Part shown: positions 20,112 through 32,925 of the stretch, in pieces
How the letters are laid out: each line of letters starts with the position of its first letter
How positions within the stretch are numbered: position 1 is the first letter of the stretch
Assembly (NCBI GenBank): GCA_964016885.1
Contig: OZ024757.1
Span: 26,908,001-26,972,000 of the forward strand
Source of the DNA: Eledone cirrhosa
Taxonomy: Eukaryota
Length of the DNA stretch: 64,000 nt
Reading direction: 5' to 3'
Translations under genes and position numbers: made by a program
The notes under the pieces: model-generated
Told to the model about the DNA's origin: nothing
What the model saw: the letters and a program-made list of their open reading frames with translations, nothing else
Databases searched by the model: none

Positions 20112-20147
20112 TCTACTGATGAAGGACTAGTGTCTGAAACTTTAAGA
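20112..20147 (+). ncRNA. Minimal type I hammerhead ribozyme motif in a Penelope-like LTR remnant, partly decayed
   Basis: TCTA-CTGATGA-A-GGAC-tagt-GTCT-GAAA-CT-TT-AAGA. The downstream 70 bp match the inverted copy at 46040-46144. Confidence 0.6.
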
Positions 20148-20214
20148 CCCTCTTCCTGCTATTTCAAGCATTAACCTAATATATTCCTTCCATATACTGT
20201 ACCGACTGTGTTGT

Positions 20215-20572
20215 TATTTCTCACATAATATTGAATCTACTAGATTTTGATATTTATTTTGAGAACAATACCTTAATGTCAGTATGAGCAGCCAGTTACA
20301 GTTGGTTTGAAGAGAAAAAGGTGAGAGAATTCTGGATGGATACGGCCGGTTTAAATGCCAAAGGATTACAAGAGCTGTATCTGGCCAGAATTCTCTCACC
20401 TCTTTCTGTTCAAACCAGCTGTAACTGGCTGCTCATACTGACATTAAGATATTCTTCTCAAAGTAAATGACATCAAAATCTCATAGATTTGATATTATGT
20501 GAGTTAAGTATGTAAGATAAAGCCTTACCACAAAAATTGCAATAGTATATATAGAGTAATGTAAATGTTAAA
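20215..20572. mobile_element. Two partial piggyBac-like MITE copies, inverted relative to each other
   Basis: Homology to 51661-51894 on both strands. Confidence 0.7.
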
Positions 20573-21159
20573 GAGTTGTAAGTAGATGTGTGAAAGTACT
20601 TGGACACTCTACTGACTCTGCCAATCCACTGCTGGCTGACAATTATAAACTGATATTCATATTGCTTACTACATAAGAGAAAATAATATTGCTTTTGACA
20701 GTGTGTATGTGTATCTAAGTGTCTATATTTGCATGTATATTGTATATGTTTAAGTGTCTGTGCGTGTTTGTGTGTGTATGTATGTGTCCATATCTGAATG
20801 AGTGTGTGTGCATATATGTGTATATGTGTCAGCATATGCATGTCTGTGTGCATGTGTCCATATCTGAGAGTGTGTGTGTGTGAGAGCGAGTGTCTAAATG
20901 TGTATATGTGTCAGCGTCAGCATGTGTCTAAGTATGTACATGTCCCTGTCTGTGGTGTGTGTGTGTGTGTGTCTGTTCATCTCTGTGTGTTTATTTGTAT
21001 GCACACGTATGTGTTAATCGGAGGGTGTGGCTGGGTATATATGTGAACCTGCCCATCTGTGTGTGTACATAGAGATAAATTTAGACAATTTCAGTAGCAT
21101 CAGAACTGTGTCAGAGGATCAATACACCCAACACAGCAAAATTCTAGATAAGCCTGGTT

Positions 21160-21660
21160 ATGCTGACTATGATTTTCAAATAATTTTGAAAATACTGAAG
21201 AATTTTGAGCAATTTAGTAATACAACTAACTTTCTCATTATCAAGCTGGTGTCTGGAACATAATAAAGGTCTTAACATAAAATTATTTTGAAAGGTTTTC
21301 AGATAAACATTTTAACCCTTTCATTACCATATTTCCAATGAAAGACACTGCCAATGATTTTCAAATATTTTTCAAAATAACCAAGAATTTTGAGTGATTT
21401 AGTTAATATAACTAACGTTCTCATTATTAAGCTGGTGTTTGGAACATAAAGGTCTTAACATAAAATTATTCTGAAAGGTTTTCAGATAAATATAAACACT
21501 TTAACCCTTTAGCATTTAAATTGGCCATATCAGGCCAGCATTCTCTCACCTCTTTCTGTTCAAACCGGTTGTAACCGGCTGCTCATACTTATGTTAAGGT
21601 ATTGTTCTGAAAATAAATAATATCAAAACCTCATAGATTCGCTATTATGTGAGATAATTA
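21160..21660. mobile_element. piggyBac-like MITE pieces (second subfamily duplicated, then first subfamily)
   Basis: TTAA-CCCTTTCATTACC at 21312 and TTAA-CCCTTTAGCATTTA at 21501, with an internal duplication of about 150 bp. Confidence 0.65.
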
Positions 21661-22703
21661 AGTGCCCAAACAAACCCATGGCAGGGTTCGGGCTCTTTAC
21701 ATTCCAAATTCAAATCTTGCTGAGATTAATGTTGCCTTCCATCCTAAGGGAGCTCTTCTTTCTTATTCTATTGATCATTCGACAAGATCCCAGACCTCAT
21801 TCGCTTGCCAAGTGGGGTGGACCTTGTCAAATTGGACCAGGGAAACAATATTTTTATTGGTCTTTCCATTGCTGATACTATCTACTGGTCGCAACTCCTG
21901 GCATAAGGAGCAAAGTGAAATAAAGTGTCTTGCTCAGGGACAAACGGATCACCTGGTTCAAGAATTGAACTCGCAACCTCACAATTGCAAATCTAACTCT
22001 CTAACCACTAAGCCATGCACCTTCACTAAGAGAGCTAATCTTCCTGAAATCACACCCTATTGCCTTGGGGAAAAAGAAAAAAGCAAAGGGCGGTAAGGCC
22101 ATGCTGGATAATATAATCCCCGATACAGATACATTATACCATCAAAAATATGAGGGATGTCCATGGCTGGAACGTCACTTTTATCAATAGGACTGACCTT
22201 GGACTAAACTAGAACAATGACATAAATGAACTATTATCAACACAGTAGTTTCTTCAAGTATACAGGCAATGAGAGACATCCTACATTTAAAAAAAACACC
22301 TACAATGTTGGGATGATGGTGGTGGGGATGTTTGTGCTGGTGTTTATGCTGGTATTGGTGTTGGTGTTTGTACTGGTGTTGGTGGTGGTGTTTGTGCTGG
22401 TTGGTGGTGGTGTTAGTGGTGCTTGTGCTGGTGTTGGTGTTAGTGGTGCTTGTGCTGGTGGTGCTTGTGCTGGTGGTGCTTGTGCTGGTGTTGGTGGACT
22501 GACCTTTAGAACATTCAAAGACAGGCTGTTAAATTTAGTTCTACAACACAGCAACAATGCTAAATAGTGATATTATACTTGAAAATATGTAAAGGAAACA
22601 CACACACAGAGATACAAACACACACACACAGATAAACATAGACACAAACACACATGTAAAGAGTTACCATCACACATACATAAAGAATTACAAACACAGA
22701 GAC

Positions 22704-22751
<48 letters not shown>

Positions 22752-22859
22752 ACAAACACACACATTCAAATTGTTACAAACACACATACATTATGAGTTA
22801 GAAACACATACATAAAGAATTACAAACACACATACACACACGGTACTGATAATAATTAA

Positions 22860-23075
22860 TGGTTTCTTATATAGGCACAAGGCCAGCAATTTTGGGGGAG
22901 GGGAAAGTCAATTAATTCAACCCCAGTCCGTGACTGGTACTTTATTTTATCGACCCCGTAAGAATGAAAGGTAAAATTAACCTCGGCGGGATTTGATCTC
23001 AGACCATAAAGGACCGTAACTCTATGCTGCAAAGCATGGCGTCCAACCCTCTACCAATACTGCCAATCCACCACG
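22860..23075 (-). mobile_element. SINE family A, full length
   Basis: Same boxes, core and tail as 612-805. Confidence 0.85.
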
Positions 23076-23455
23076 AGCCAATGTTGTCATTTAACCTGCT
23101 GGAGGAGGAATCGACCTCAGTAGTTGACTGGTATAGTGGACTGCTACGTTTTTATCGACATCAAAAGTATGATTGCCTAGTTGACCTAGGTGGGGTTAGA
23201 ACTCAGAACCTAGAGAACTAGAATAAATGCCACAAAGCATTCTATCCAATGTTCTACCAGTTCTGCCAATTCTCAACCTAAATGATCTCTTATTGACAAC
23301 ACATTCTAGGTGCATCCCTCACCAAGTGCACATGTCCGTAAGAATGAAGAATATAGATGTATAAGCTAGAAAATACAGATGTTGCTGCAGGATAACTTTA
23401 TATATATGTGTGTGGGTGTGGGTGTGTGGGTGTGGGTGGGTGTGGGTGTGGGTGT

Positions 23456-23494
<39 letters not shown>

Positions 23495-23994
23495 TGTATA
23501 TAAATATATATATATATACACACACACACAGAGAAACACAGACACACAAACACAAAGATAAAAGCATACACAAATCACAAATAAACACATATACATACAC
23601 ACAGATAAACACACACAGATAAAAACTTACAGAAACACACAGAAGCACATACAGATACACAAACACAGAAAACACACACAGATAAACATAGACATAAACA
23701 CACACACAGAGATAAAGATATATACACACACACACAGAGATAAAGATATATACACACACACACAGAGATAAAGATATATACACACACACACAGAGATAAA
23801 GATATATACACACACAGAGATAAAGATATATACACACACACACAGATAAACATAAATACACACACACAGAGGGAATACTGATTAATTGAGGTTAGCATTA
23901 TAGCAGGAGCAGAACACTTACTTTATTCTAAATATAGTCCACTGAGTAATACCAATGACAATGATAATAATAGTAACTATAATAGTAATGGCAA

Positions 23995-25050
23995 TAATGG
24001 TTTCTTTATTGGCCACAAGGGCTGACACGGAGAAAAACATTAGAGACGGCACAGAACAGTACAGGACGATACAAAGTGGGTTTTGGTCGTGTAAAAAGGT
24101 TATAACAAGACAGAAACGTGTAAAAACAAATAAAAAAAAAATTTTCAAACAACAAAAATTCCCCCAACAAGGGGGAAACCTCCGAGGGTCATTCGTGGCA
24201 AAAACCACACAAAAGACCATGGCCACCCTGATGACCACCAGGGCAAGCGCCCTCTCTCAATTTTCCCACTCCTCAGTCTACAGGCACATACTCAGAGTGG
24301 GCCTGCTCACTCGATTGGCCACATGGGCTAACATGAAGAAAAACATTACAGACGGCACAAATAGGTACAGGACAATACAAAGTGGGTTTTGGCCGTGTAA
24401 AAAGGTTATAACAAGAAGATAGAAATGTGTAAAAAAAAAAAAAAAAAAATTAAAATGACAAAAATTCCCCCAAAAGTGAGACACCTCCAAGGGTCACTCG
24501 TGGCAAAAACCACAGCGACCCTGACCAATATGCTTTCTTTATTAACTGCAAGGGTTGACATAAAGTATAACATTAAGGACAGCACATGTGAAGAAAAAAA
24601 AACCCCCAAAAAATTATATGTATAAAAAAGAAACAAGGAAAAATTCCCCAATAGGGGGCGGGGAGACTTCCAAGGGTCACTCATGGAGAAAACCCACAAA
24701 AAAATCCACGGTTACCCCGACCGCTAGGGAAAGCGCTCTCTTCCAGTCTTCCTTCTACGATGCTATAGGCACTTGCTCAGGGCAGGCCCATTCACACGGG
24801 CCATTCTTGCCTCTCTTACCCACCCCTCAACAAATTGGCTGAAAGGTAACGCTTCCCTCTCCACCCTATTTTCCTTTTCAGGTGAAACCTGAAAAAGTTA
24901 ATGAGGGCATCACCGAAGAGGAAAGTGCTCATCTTCAACCCTTTCAGACACGTCCACCATAGGACTTCTTTTACCATGGCCACCAGACAGATAAAAACTG
25001 CCTGCCCCTCCTGGTTAAAGGAGGGCAGCGGGGTAATCTTCACGACGGAC
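23995..25050 (-). mobile_element. Stack of three 5'-truncated L1/Tx1-like LINE 3' ends
   Basis: The same 3' terminus (CCCTTGTGGCCAATAAAGAAA on the minus strand) recurs at about 23998, 24314 and 24533. Upstream minus-strand translation FICLVAMVKEVLWWTCLKGLK...LINFFRFHLKRKI resembles the L1/Tx1 ORF2 C-terminus. Confidence 0.6.
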
Positions 25051-25939
25051 TCAGCTGATAGTAATAATAATAATGGTTTCTACGTTAGGCACAAGGCCAG
25101 CAGTTACCCAGTGTATTACTGGTACTTTATTTTATCGACCCCGTAAGGATGAAAGGCAAAGTTAACCTCGGCGGGATTTGAACTCAGAATGGCAATGGTT
25201 TCATTATTGGCCACAAGGGTTGACATAAAGTATACCATTAAGGACAGAAGCAACCATCTCCAACTTATATATATATATATATATATATCTTCTTCTTTAC
25301 CCAGATTATTCCTGAGAAGGTCGTGGGGGCAGAGTCCTCAAACACTCCTTCCAGCAGGTCCTGTCAGAAGCAACCGTCTAACTGATCAAGCTGGATCCCT
25401 AATCATGACTGGCCAAGCTCATGGATGTTATCTAACCATCTTGCTGGGACTCTTGCCAGTTGGTTTTACCCGTAAAATCTGTCCAGCGATTCCCCCCCCC
25501 CCCCCCGAGACATTCTAACCACAAGCCCATAGTATCAGAGCTTTGATTTCTGACCCTTTATTGCCTATCCTTTCATTGCCTCCAGCTCTAGACATGAGCA
25601 AAATTCCATACAACCCCCAACATCGCTGCACCCTAGGCCCAAAGCCCATCACCCTCTCCCTTTCCTCCTCTTTTTCTTCTGTGGTCCTAGAGTCCTTGCT
25701 TTTCACCTCCTTTTCCTCTCATATATCATCATCCTCAATATTTAATGTCTGCTTTTCTTGCCAGAAAAACATATATTAAAATATGGCTATGGAAGACATT
25801 TTTGTCCAAATTTAGAATATTATAATTGTTATTAAATAATTTTTTTTTTTAAGAAGGGGGGGGGGGGGGTCACCTCTATTTTAGAGATTGACCTGGATCA
25901 ATGCTGGAATCTCAGCATAGTTCTATGTGTAGGCCTACA

Positions 25940-26535
25940 TAATCATCATCAACATCTAATGTCTATTATCTTTGCTTGCATGGGTTAGACGGGTTGTCAC
26001 CTTATGATGCTGATACAGTCTATTTAGGGCTTTGTTTTCTATGGCTGAAAACCCTTCTTAATACCAACCACTTTACAGCACACACTGGGAGCTTTGTCGT
26101 GGCACCAGCACTACCATCTTGTGGGATGGACTGGTGCTTTTTGTCATGGCATCACCACAACCACCTTTCAAAGGAGTCTGAGGTCTTTTTATCATGGCAC
26201 CAGCAAGCATAACCGCCTTTCAGAGAGGACTGGGTGTTATTTGTCATGGCACCAGCACAACCACCTTTTATAGGGAACTGGGTGCTTTTTTTGTCATGGC
26301 ACCAGTACAACCCCTTTTACAGGGGACTGGGTGCATTTTTTGTCATGGCACCAGTACAACCACCTTTTACAGGGGACTGGGTGCTTTTTTTGTCATGGCA
26401 CCAGTACAACCCCTTTTACAGGGGACTGGGTGCATTTTTTGTCATGGCACCAGTACAACCACCTTTTACAAGGGACTGGGTGTTTTTTGTTATGGCACCA
26501 GTATGACCACTTTTTAGAGTGCACTGGGTGCCTGC
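25940..26535 (-). repeat. SINE B/RTE-type tail with internal 44-45-bp tandem expansion
   Basis: Repeats of TTGTCATGGCACCAGTACAACC-CCTTTTACAGGGGACTGGGTGC follow the tail consensus. Confidence 0.8.
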
Positions 26536-27034
26536 TTAGATGTATTGATAATTTTCATTAAGATTTTTGTGATCAGGTGCTGCGGGCCTCAAATGTTCTC
26601 TAATACAGGGCTTTTAGTTGCTTCAATCCAGCACTGGGTGCTGCTAAAGAAAAAGGAACAGTAATACAACACTTAAACTACCAACTGGTTTACCATTACA
26701 ACTTACTTTGTGGGTACCTTTACCAGGACTCATCCTGCTATAAGCATTTGAGCCAAGGTTATTCAGTTCAAGGAGGATAATTCTCTCCTTTCTCTTCACA
26801 GTCTCAGAAGCTCAGAAAGAAATTTAGGGTCACTGGCATGCCAAATCCATCCCTGACTAAGTAAGGAAAAAGAAATAATAAACATAAAATGAGAAAGATG
26901 GGCAAGACCTCAATCTACTGCCACTTTATCATATCCTTTCCCCAACCCCACTACTTAAAAAAAACCTGGCCTCCTGCCGCGTCAAAAGCTACCATTACTG
27001 GAGCATAGCCAAACCATAATTACGGTCATTTTAT

Positions 27035-28435
27035 CACCACCACCACCATCAAATACACTACCACAATTACCAAATGTAACACCACCACCACCACAATTAC
27101 TAAATGTAACATCACCACCACCACCACCACCACAATTACTAAATATAACATCACCACCACCACCACCTTCACCATAATTACTAAATGTAATACCACCACC
27201 AGCACCTCCACCACCATTACCAAATGTAATACCACCACAATTACGAAATGTAACACCACCACCACCACCACCACAATTTCTCAATGTAACACCACCACCA
27301 CCACCACAATTTCTCAATGTAACACCACCACCACCACAATTACTAAATGTAACACCACCACCACCACAATTACTAAATGTAACACCACCACCACCACAAT
27401 TACTAAATGTAACACCACCACCACCACAATTACTAAATGTAACACCACCACCACCACAATTACTAAATGTAACACCACCACCACCACAATTACTAAATGT
27501 AACACCACCACCACAATTTCTAAATGTAACACCACCACCACCACAATTACTAAATGTAACACCACCACCACAATTACTAAATGTAACACCACCACCACAA
27601 TTACTAAATGTAACACCACCACCACAATTACTAAATGTAACACCACCACCACAATTTCTAAATGTAACACCACCACCCCAATTACTAAATGTAACACCAC
27701 CACCACCACAATTTCTCAATGTAACACCACCACCACCACAATTACTAAATGTAACACCACCACCACCACAATTACTAAATGTAACACCACCACCACCACA
27801 ATTACTAAATGTAACACCACCACCACCACAATTACTAAATGTAACACCACCACCACCACAATTACTAAATGTAACACCACCACCACAATTTCTAAATGTA
27901 ACACCACCACCACCACAATTACTAAATGTAACACCACCACCACCACAATTACTAAATGTAACACCACCACCACAATTACTAAATGTAACACCACCACCAC
28001 AATTACTAAATGTAACACCACCACCACAATTACTAAATGTAACACCACCACCACAATTACTAAATGTAACACCACCACCACGACTACAACATCTACTACC
28101 AACACCACCACTACCACAACCATCACCACAGTCACTACCACAGCTACTATCACCACCACCACTACAACATCTACTACCACAACCATCACCAGTCACTACC
28201 ACAGCTACCATCACCACCACCACAACATCTACTACCAACATCACCACAGTCACTACCACAGCTACCATCACCACCATCACCACCACCACTATCACCACCA
28301 CTACAACATCTACTACCAACACCACCACTACTACAACCACTACCACAGCTACCATCACCACCACCACTACCACCATCACCACCACTGCTACCACATCCAC
28401 TACCACCACAACTACTGCAGCTACTACTAACACCA
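27035..28435. repeat. 27/30-bp minisatellite (CAC)n-AATTACTAAATGTAA followed by a degenerate (CAC/TAC)n tract
   Basis: Seen directly; units differ by whole CCA triplets. Confidence 0.93.
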
Positions 28436-28732
28436 AGTGGTTTCTAAATATGCCTCCAAATTTTTATTAATAGAATAATTAAATTGTCAGAGAAAATTCA
28501 ATTGTGTGGGGAATGGTGAGTGTGACTATAATTATATATAAATATGTCTGTTGACCCTGCACAATTGCATGTATCAAAGGTGATGACACAGGGCCGAAAT
28601 CTTTGGTGTAATGCAGTCATACAGAAGACTCATCTTCTCGCAGTGCACAGGTTGAAACATACATCTAGTATGCCCCTTCACCTCCCACATCCTCACCCAC
28701 ATCCCTAGATCTACCCCTATTACCTCTCAAGT

Positions 28733-29690
28733 CCCCAGCCCATACTGTAAAGTGGTGGTGTTGGTGACATGACAAAAAGCACCCAGCCCATACTGTAAAG
28801 TGGTGGTGTTGGTGACATGACAAAAAGCACCCAGCCCATACTGTAAAGTGGTGGTGTTGGTGACATGACAAAAAGCACCCAGCCCATACTGTAAAGTGGT
28901 GGTGTTGGTGACATGACAAAAAGCACCCAGCCCATACTGTAAAGTGGTGGTGTTGGTGACATGGCAAAAAGCACCCAGCCCATACTGTAAAGTGGTGGTG
29001 TTGGTGACATGACAAAAAGCACCCAGCCCATACTGTAAAGTGGTGGTGTTGGTGACATGACAAAAAGTACCCAGCCCATACTGTAAAGTGGTGGTGTTGG
29101 TGACATGGCAAAAAGCACCCAGCCCATACTGTAAAGTGGTGGTGTTGGTGACATGGCAAAAAGCACCCAGCCCATACTGTAAAGTGGTGGTGTTGGTGAC
29201 ATGACAAAAAGCACCCAGCCCATACTGTAAAGTGGTGGTGTTGGTGACATGACAAAAAGCACCCAGCCCATACTGTAAAGTGGTGGTGTTGGTGACATGA
29301 CAAAAAGCACCCAGCCCATACTATAAAGTGGTCATGTTGGTGACATGACAAAAAGTGCCAAGCCCACACACTGTAAAGTGGTCATGTTGGTGACATGACA
29401 AAAAGCACCTAGCCCACACACTGTAAAGTGGTGGTGTTGGTGACATGACAAAAAGCACCTAGCCCACACTATAAAGTGATTGTGTAGGTGACGAGAAAAA
29501 GGTCCCAGTACACACTGTAAATGTGGTTGGCATTAGGTAGGGCATCCAGCCATAGAAACCAAGCCAGAACCAGTTATGTATGAGCATGACACGGTCACCT
29601 GATTCGACTTGTCTCACAATGGGACAACTAATCTAACCCATGCTTGCGTGGAAAAATAGATGTAAAATGGTGATGATGATTATGATGATG
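28733..29690 (+). repeat. 48-bp minisatellite (about 15 near-identical units) running into a SINE B/RTE-type 3' tail
   Basis: Unit CCCAGCCCATACTGTAAAGTGGTGGTGTTGGTGACATGACAAAAAGCA, followed by GGCATTAGGTAGGGCATCCAGCCATAGAAACC...(GAT)n. Confidence 0.92.
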
Positions 29691-30061
29691 ATATATACAA
29701 TTTTTATGTTTGCTTATCTAAGCTCACAAAAGTAAAATATGACTTCGAGGCAATAGACAAGTGCCTATACGCATTAATATGATGTACCTATTATAAATAC
29801 CATGATACACACAATTAAACACACACTATATATATAATTAGAATTTTATTTCTTGCCGTAGCACAGTTGATACATGAATGTAAGCATGCACACGTAGACA
29901 TATATATGTGTGTGTGTGTGCATACTTGTGTATGTATATATATAATAAAGAATTTATATCTAGTAACATATATATACATACAAATGCATATCGATGCTAG
30001 CAAATATATAGGTTTTGTCTTAATAACATTGTGGTTCAATGCATGGGGTTGCAGAACAATA

Positions 30062-30165
30062 ATATAAGAGACGTAAGATAAGAAAATTATAAAATTAACT
30101 TACTTACTAAAATATTTTAGTAAGTAAGTTAATTTTATAATTTTCTTATCTTACGCCTCTTATAT
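30062..30165. repeat. Spacerless palindrome, 52-bp arms, one mismatch
   Basis: Centre CTAAAAT|ATTTTAG lies between 30113 and 30114; arms compared by eye. Confidence 0.9.
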
Positions 30166-30536
30166 ATATATATATATATATAATAGAAAAAAAACGAGGA
30201 AGTTTCATTTTTTTCTATTATATACACTCTGCCTGCACATAGATTGCTTGATTTGGTACCAACACCAGTATTTCACTGTACTACCCACACTATATATATG
30301 AGAGAGAAAGACTATTGTGTGCATTCAGTTGAGAATTGGGACATCATATGTCATAAGAGATGACGAAAAGGATAAAAGGATTGGCACAAGGAAAGGCATC
30401 CTGCTGTGAAACATTGCTTTAAAAAGAGTACCATAACATGTATAAAAACAGTCCTCAAGGTTATCTCCTATTTTAGCATGTAAAATAGGCTTCAAATGCT
30501 AGTAGCTGTTGTGTATGAGTATATATATATATATAT

Positions 30537-30762
30537 GACGGAGGAAATGTGGTAAGGAACCAGGTGGACCATAATGCACCAAAGTACTCAATACTTAGGG
30601 TAGTAGAGTGGGTAATAGGAACGAGTAGGACCCCGACGGCTGAGCTCAAGCCGTTTCGACGGCTAATTCTGGACTACATTCTAGTCCAGAATTAGCCGTC
30701 GAAACGGCTTGAGCTCAGCCGTCGAAACGGCTTGAGCTCAGCCGTCGGGGTCCTACTCATTC

Positions 30763-30804
<42 letters not shown>

Positions 30805-31008
30805 GTATATATATGTATATATATATATGTATATATATATATGCAGAGCTCAAGCCGTTTCGACGGCTATTTCAGAAATAGCCGTTGAAACGGCTTGAGC
30901 TCTGCCGTCGGGGTTATACTTTTTCCTATTACCCACTCTAGTACCCTAAGTATTGAGTACTCTGGCGCGTTATGGTCCATCTGGTTCCTTACCACATCTC
31001 CTTCGTTA
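30537..31008. mobile_element. Foldback non-autonomous element (two copies) embedded in (TA)n
   Basis: Arms of about 120 bp (GGAAATGTGGTAAGGAACC...GAGCTCAAGCCGTTTC) flank a central hairpin. A third copy lies at 46416-46590, with fragments at 9046-9065 and 59018-59090. Confidence 0.75.
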
Positions 31009-31452
31009 TATATATACATATATATATACATATATATCATCAATTGACATCTCCTTTCCCTGCTAGCAAGGGTTGGACAGGTCTACATAGACCAAGTCAG
31101 TACTGAAGCGGGGCAAGACAGGTCGACCTCCTAGACAGGTCGAAGGGTCGGTATCCTACTTACGTATGGCAATATCAAATGCAGAGGAGAAGTTGTTGTG
31201 TCTTCTGACACAAACTGAAGGGTCCTCTTAACCCTTTGTTTGGCAAGATTTCTACGGCTGGATGCCCTTTCTAACACCAACCACTTTACAGTGTGTACTG
31301 AGTGTTTTTATTGTGTATATCAACCACTCCACCTCACAGGGCCCCTTCTTCAGGTGTAATGCACTTCATATAAAGAAAAAGAGAAAAAGATTAAATAGCA
31401 AAAGTAAAGGAAAGGAGTGGGGGAGTGACAGACTGTACACTCCAGTCTAGGC

Positions 31453-31603
31453 AAGGGATTCTCAAACTTTTTTAAACGCAGAACCCTTTTTGGTTAACCC
31501 TAAAGTCTAATACTGTTATATGGTTGTAATATAAATATACTCCCCTACCTTTTTTCATGGATTCCCATACACACCGTTGCAGAACCCACTTTGGGAACCA
31601 CTG
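31453..31603. mobile_element. hAT/Charlie (MER5-like) MITE with 8-bp TSD
   Basis: GTCTAGGC is duplicated at 31445-31452 and 31604-31611; the ends are AAGGGATTCTCAAAC and CTTTGGGAACCACTG. Confidence 0.75.
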
Positions 31604-31619
31604 GTCTAGGCAGTATATC

Positions 31620-31880
31620 TCAGCTGTGAGCCATGGACGAAATGGCATAGGCATTACTGCAGTGAACAGCCAGTGACGCCCACTGCATCAGCCACTCCAT
31701 CTCACAGGGCTCCTTTATCCGACAAAATGCACAACCCCCCACCCCATTTTTGCCGAAGGAGACAGCAGTTCAGGGACCAAGGACGACAGATGTCTCAACA
31801 ACGACTGGCACAAAAAGGAAGCTATCAATCAAGTCCCAGTATTTGGCTATCTTCCTCTCCTCTACATTATGGGCAGCTCG
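31620..31880 (-). mobile_element. CRE-clade (restriction-like endonuclease) non-LTR retrotransposon C-terminal relic
   Basis: Minus-strand translation AAHNVEERKIAKYWDL...FVPVVVETSVVLGP* and EMEWLMQWASLAVHCSNAYAI match the K..KY / P...ET.G..G / Q..S.A....NA motifs of CRE-type RLE domains. Confidence 0.6.
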
Positions 31881-32387
31881 GATGTTTGGCCAAACCAACA
31901 AACTTTGTGAGTAAATTTCATAGACGGAAATTGTATGGCTGCTGCCAATTATACGTTTGTGTTTGTGTAACATGTCTTTGCATCCAAAATTACCAAAGAG
32001 AGTGAGTGAATCCTGTTTGAGGTCAGAGGTCAAGCGTGTATTGTGTCAAGAAAGAATGTTAACAATTATCAGATGGATGCATGTATGTGTATAATTATAT
32101 GTGTACGAGTGTGTATAATTATGTGTGTATGTTGGTTTGTTTTGAAACAATTAGTAAAAATTAAACAATTAAGCATGAAAACATATACATACACATATGA
32201 ATATATATATATATATATATATATTTATTTATTTGTTTATGAAAACAGACATAACATCTGCCTTCAAGAAACCACTGGTAAATGAAATAATTGTCTTATG
32301 TTGTTTATTACATAACTAATAAGCTCTGTAGCCTACATAGAGCACTCTTTTTTCCTGTACCTTTCCGACGGAAATACTTTATTTACA

Positions 32388-32438
<51 letters not shown>

Positions 32439-32690
32439 ATAAAGATCCCATAACTCCTTGTGGAGTCATACAGGCACCATCACACGGCGTGTCTAGGGCA
32501 CATTTAAACTTGGCAGAGCCCAACCCTCTCCGGGTCTGAACATAGCCGTACTGTTTTTTTTAATCGACCCCCAAAAGGACAAATGTTAAAGTTGACCATG
32601 GCGGGATTTGAACTCAGAGTGCGCAATGAGGTGGGACGAATACCATAAAGTATTCAATCCGATGTCTTAACGACTCTGCCAATTCAATGC

Positions 32691-32732
<42 letters not shown>

Positions 32733-32874
32733 GCATACACACACATACATATATACATACTTATATATAAGTCACAACATGCTTGTGTTTATATTTTAGC
32801 TTCCGTATTTCATGTTCATAGCAAAATTCAATAAATACATTTTCTCAAGTGCAACTGTTTTAGTAAAAAAACTG

Positions 32875-32925
<51 letters not shown>

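Noticed and set aside
26707-26802. Minus-strand 32-codon open segment ending at a GTAAGT donor
   Set aside because: Only GAG acceptors are available and the peptide is unrecognisable; insufficient support.
26982-28436. 484-aa ORF with VTFSNCGGGG repeats
   Set aside because: The frame is preserved only because the minisatellite varies by CCA triplets; the flanks are low complexity.
28733-29470. CRISPR-like regular array
   Set aside because: The units are contiguous and near-identical with no unique spacers, there are no cas genes, and the sequence derives from a SINE/LINE tail.
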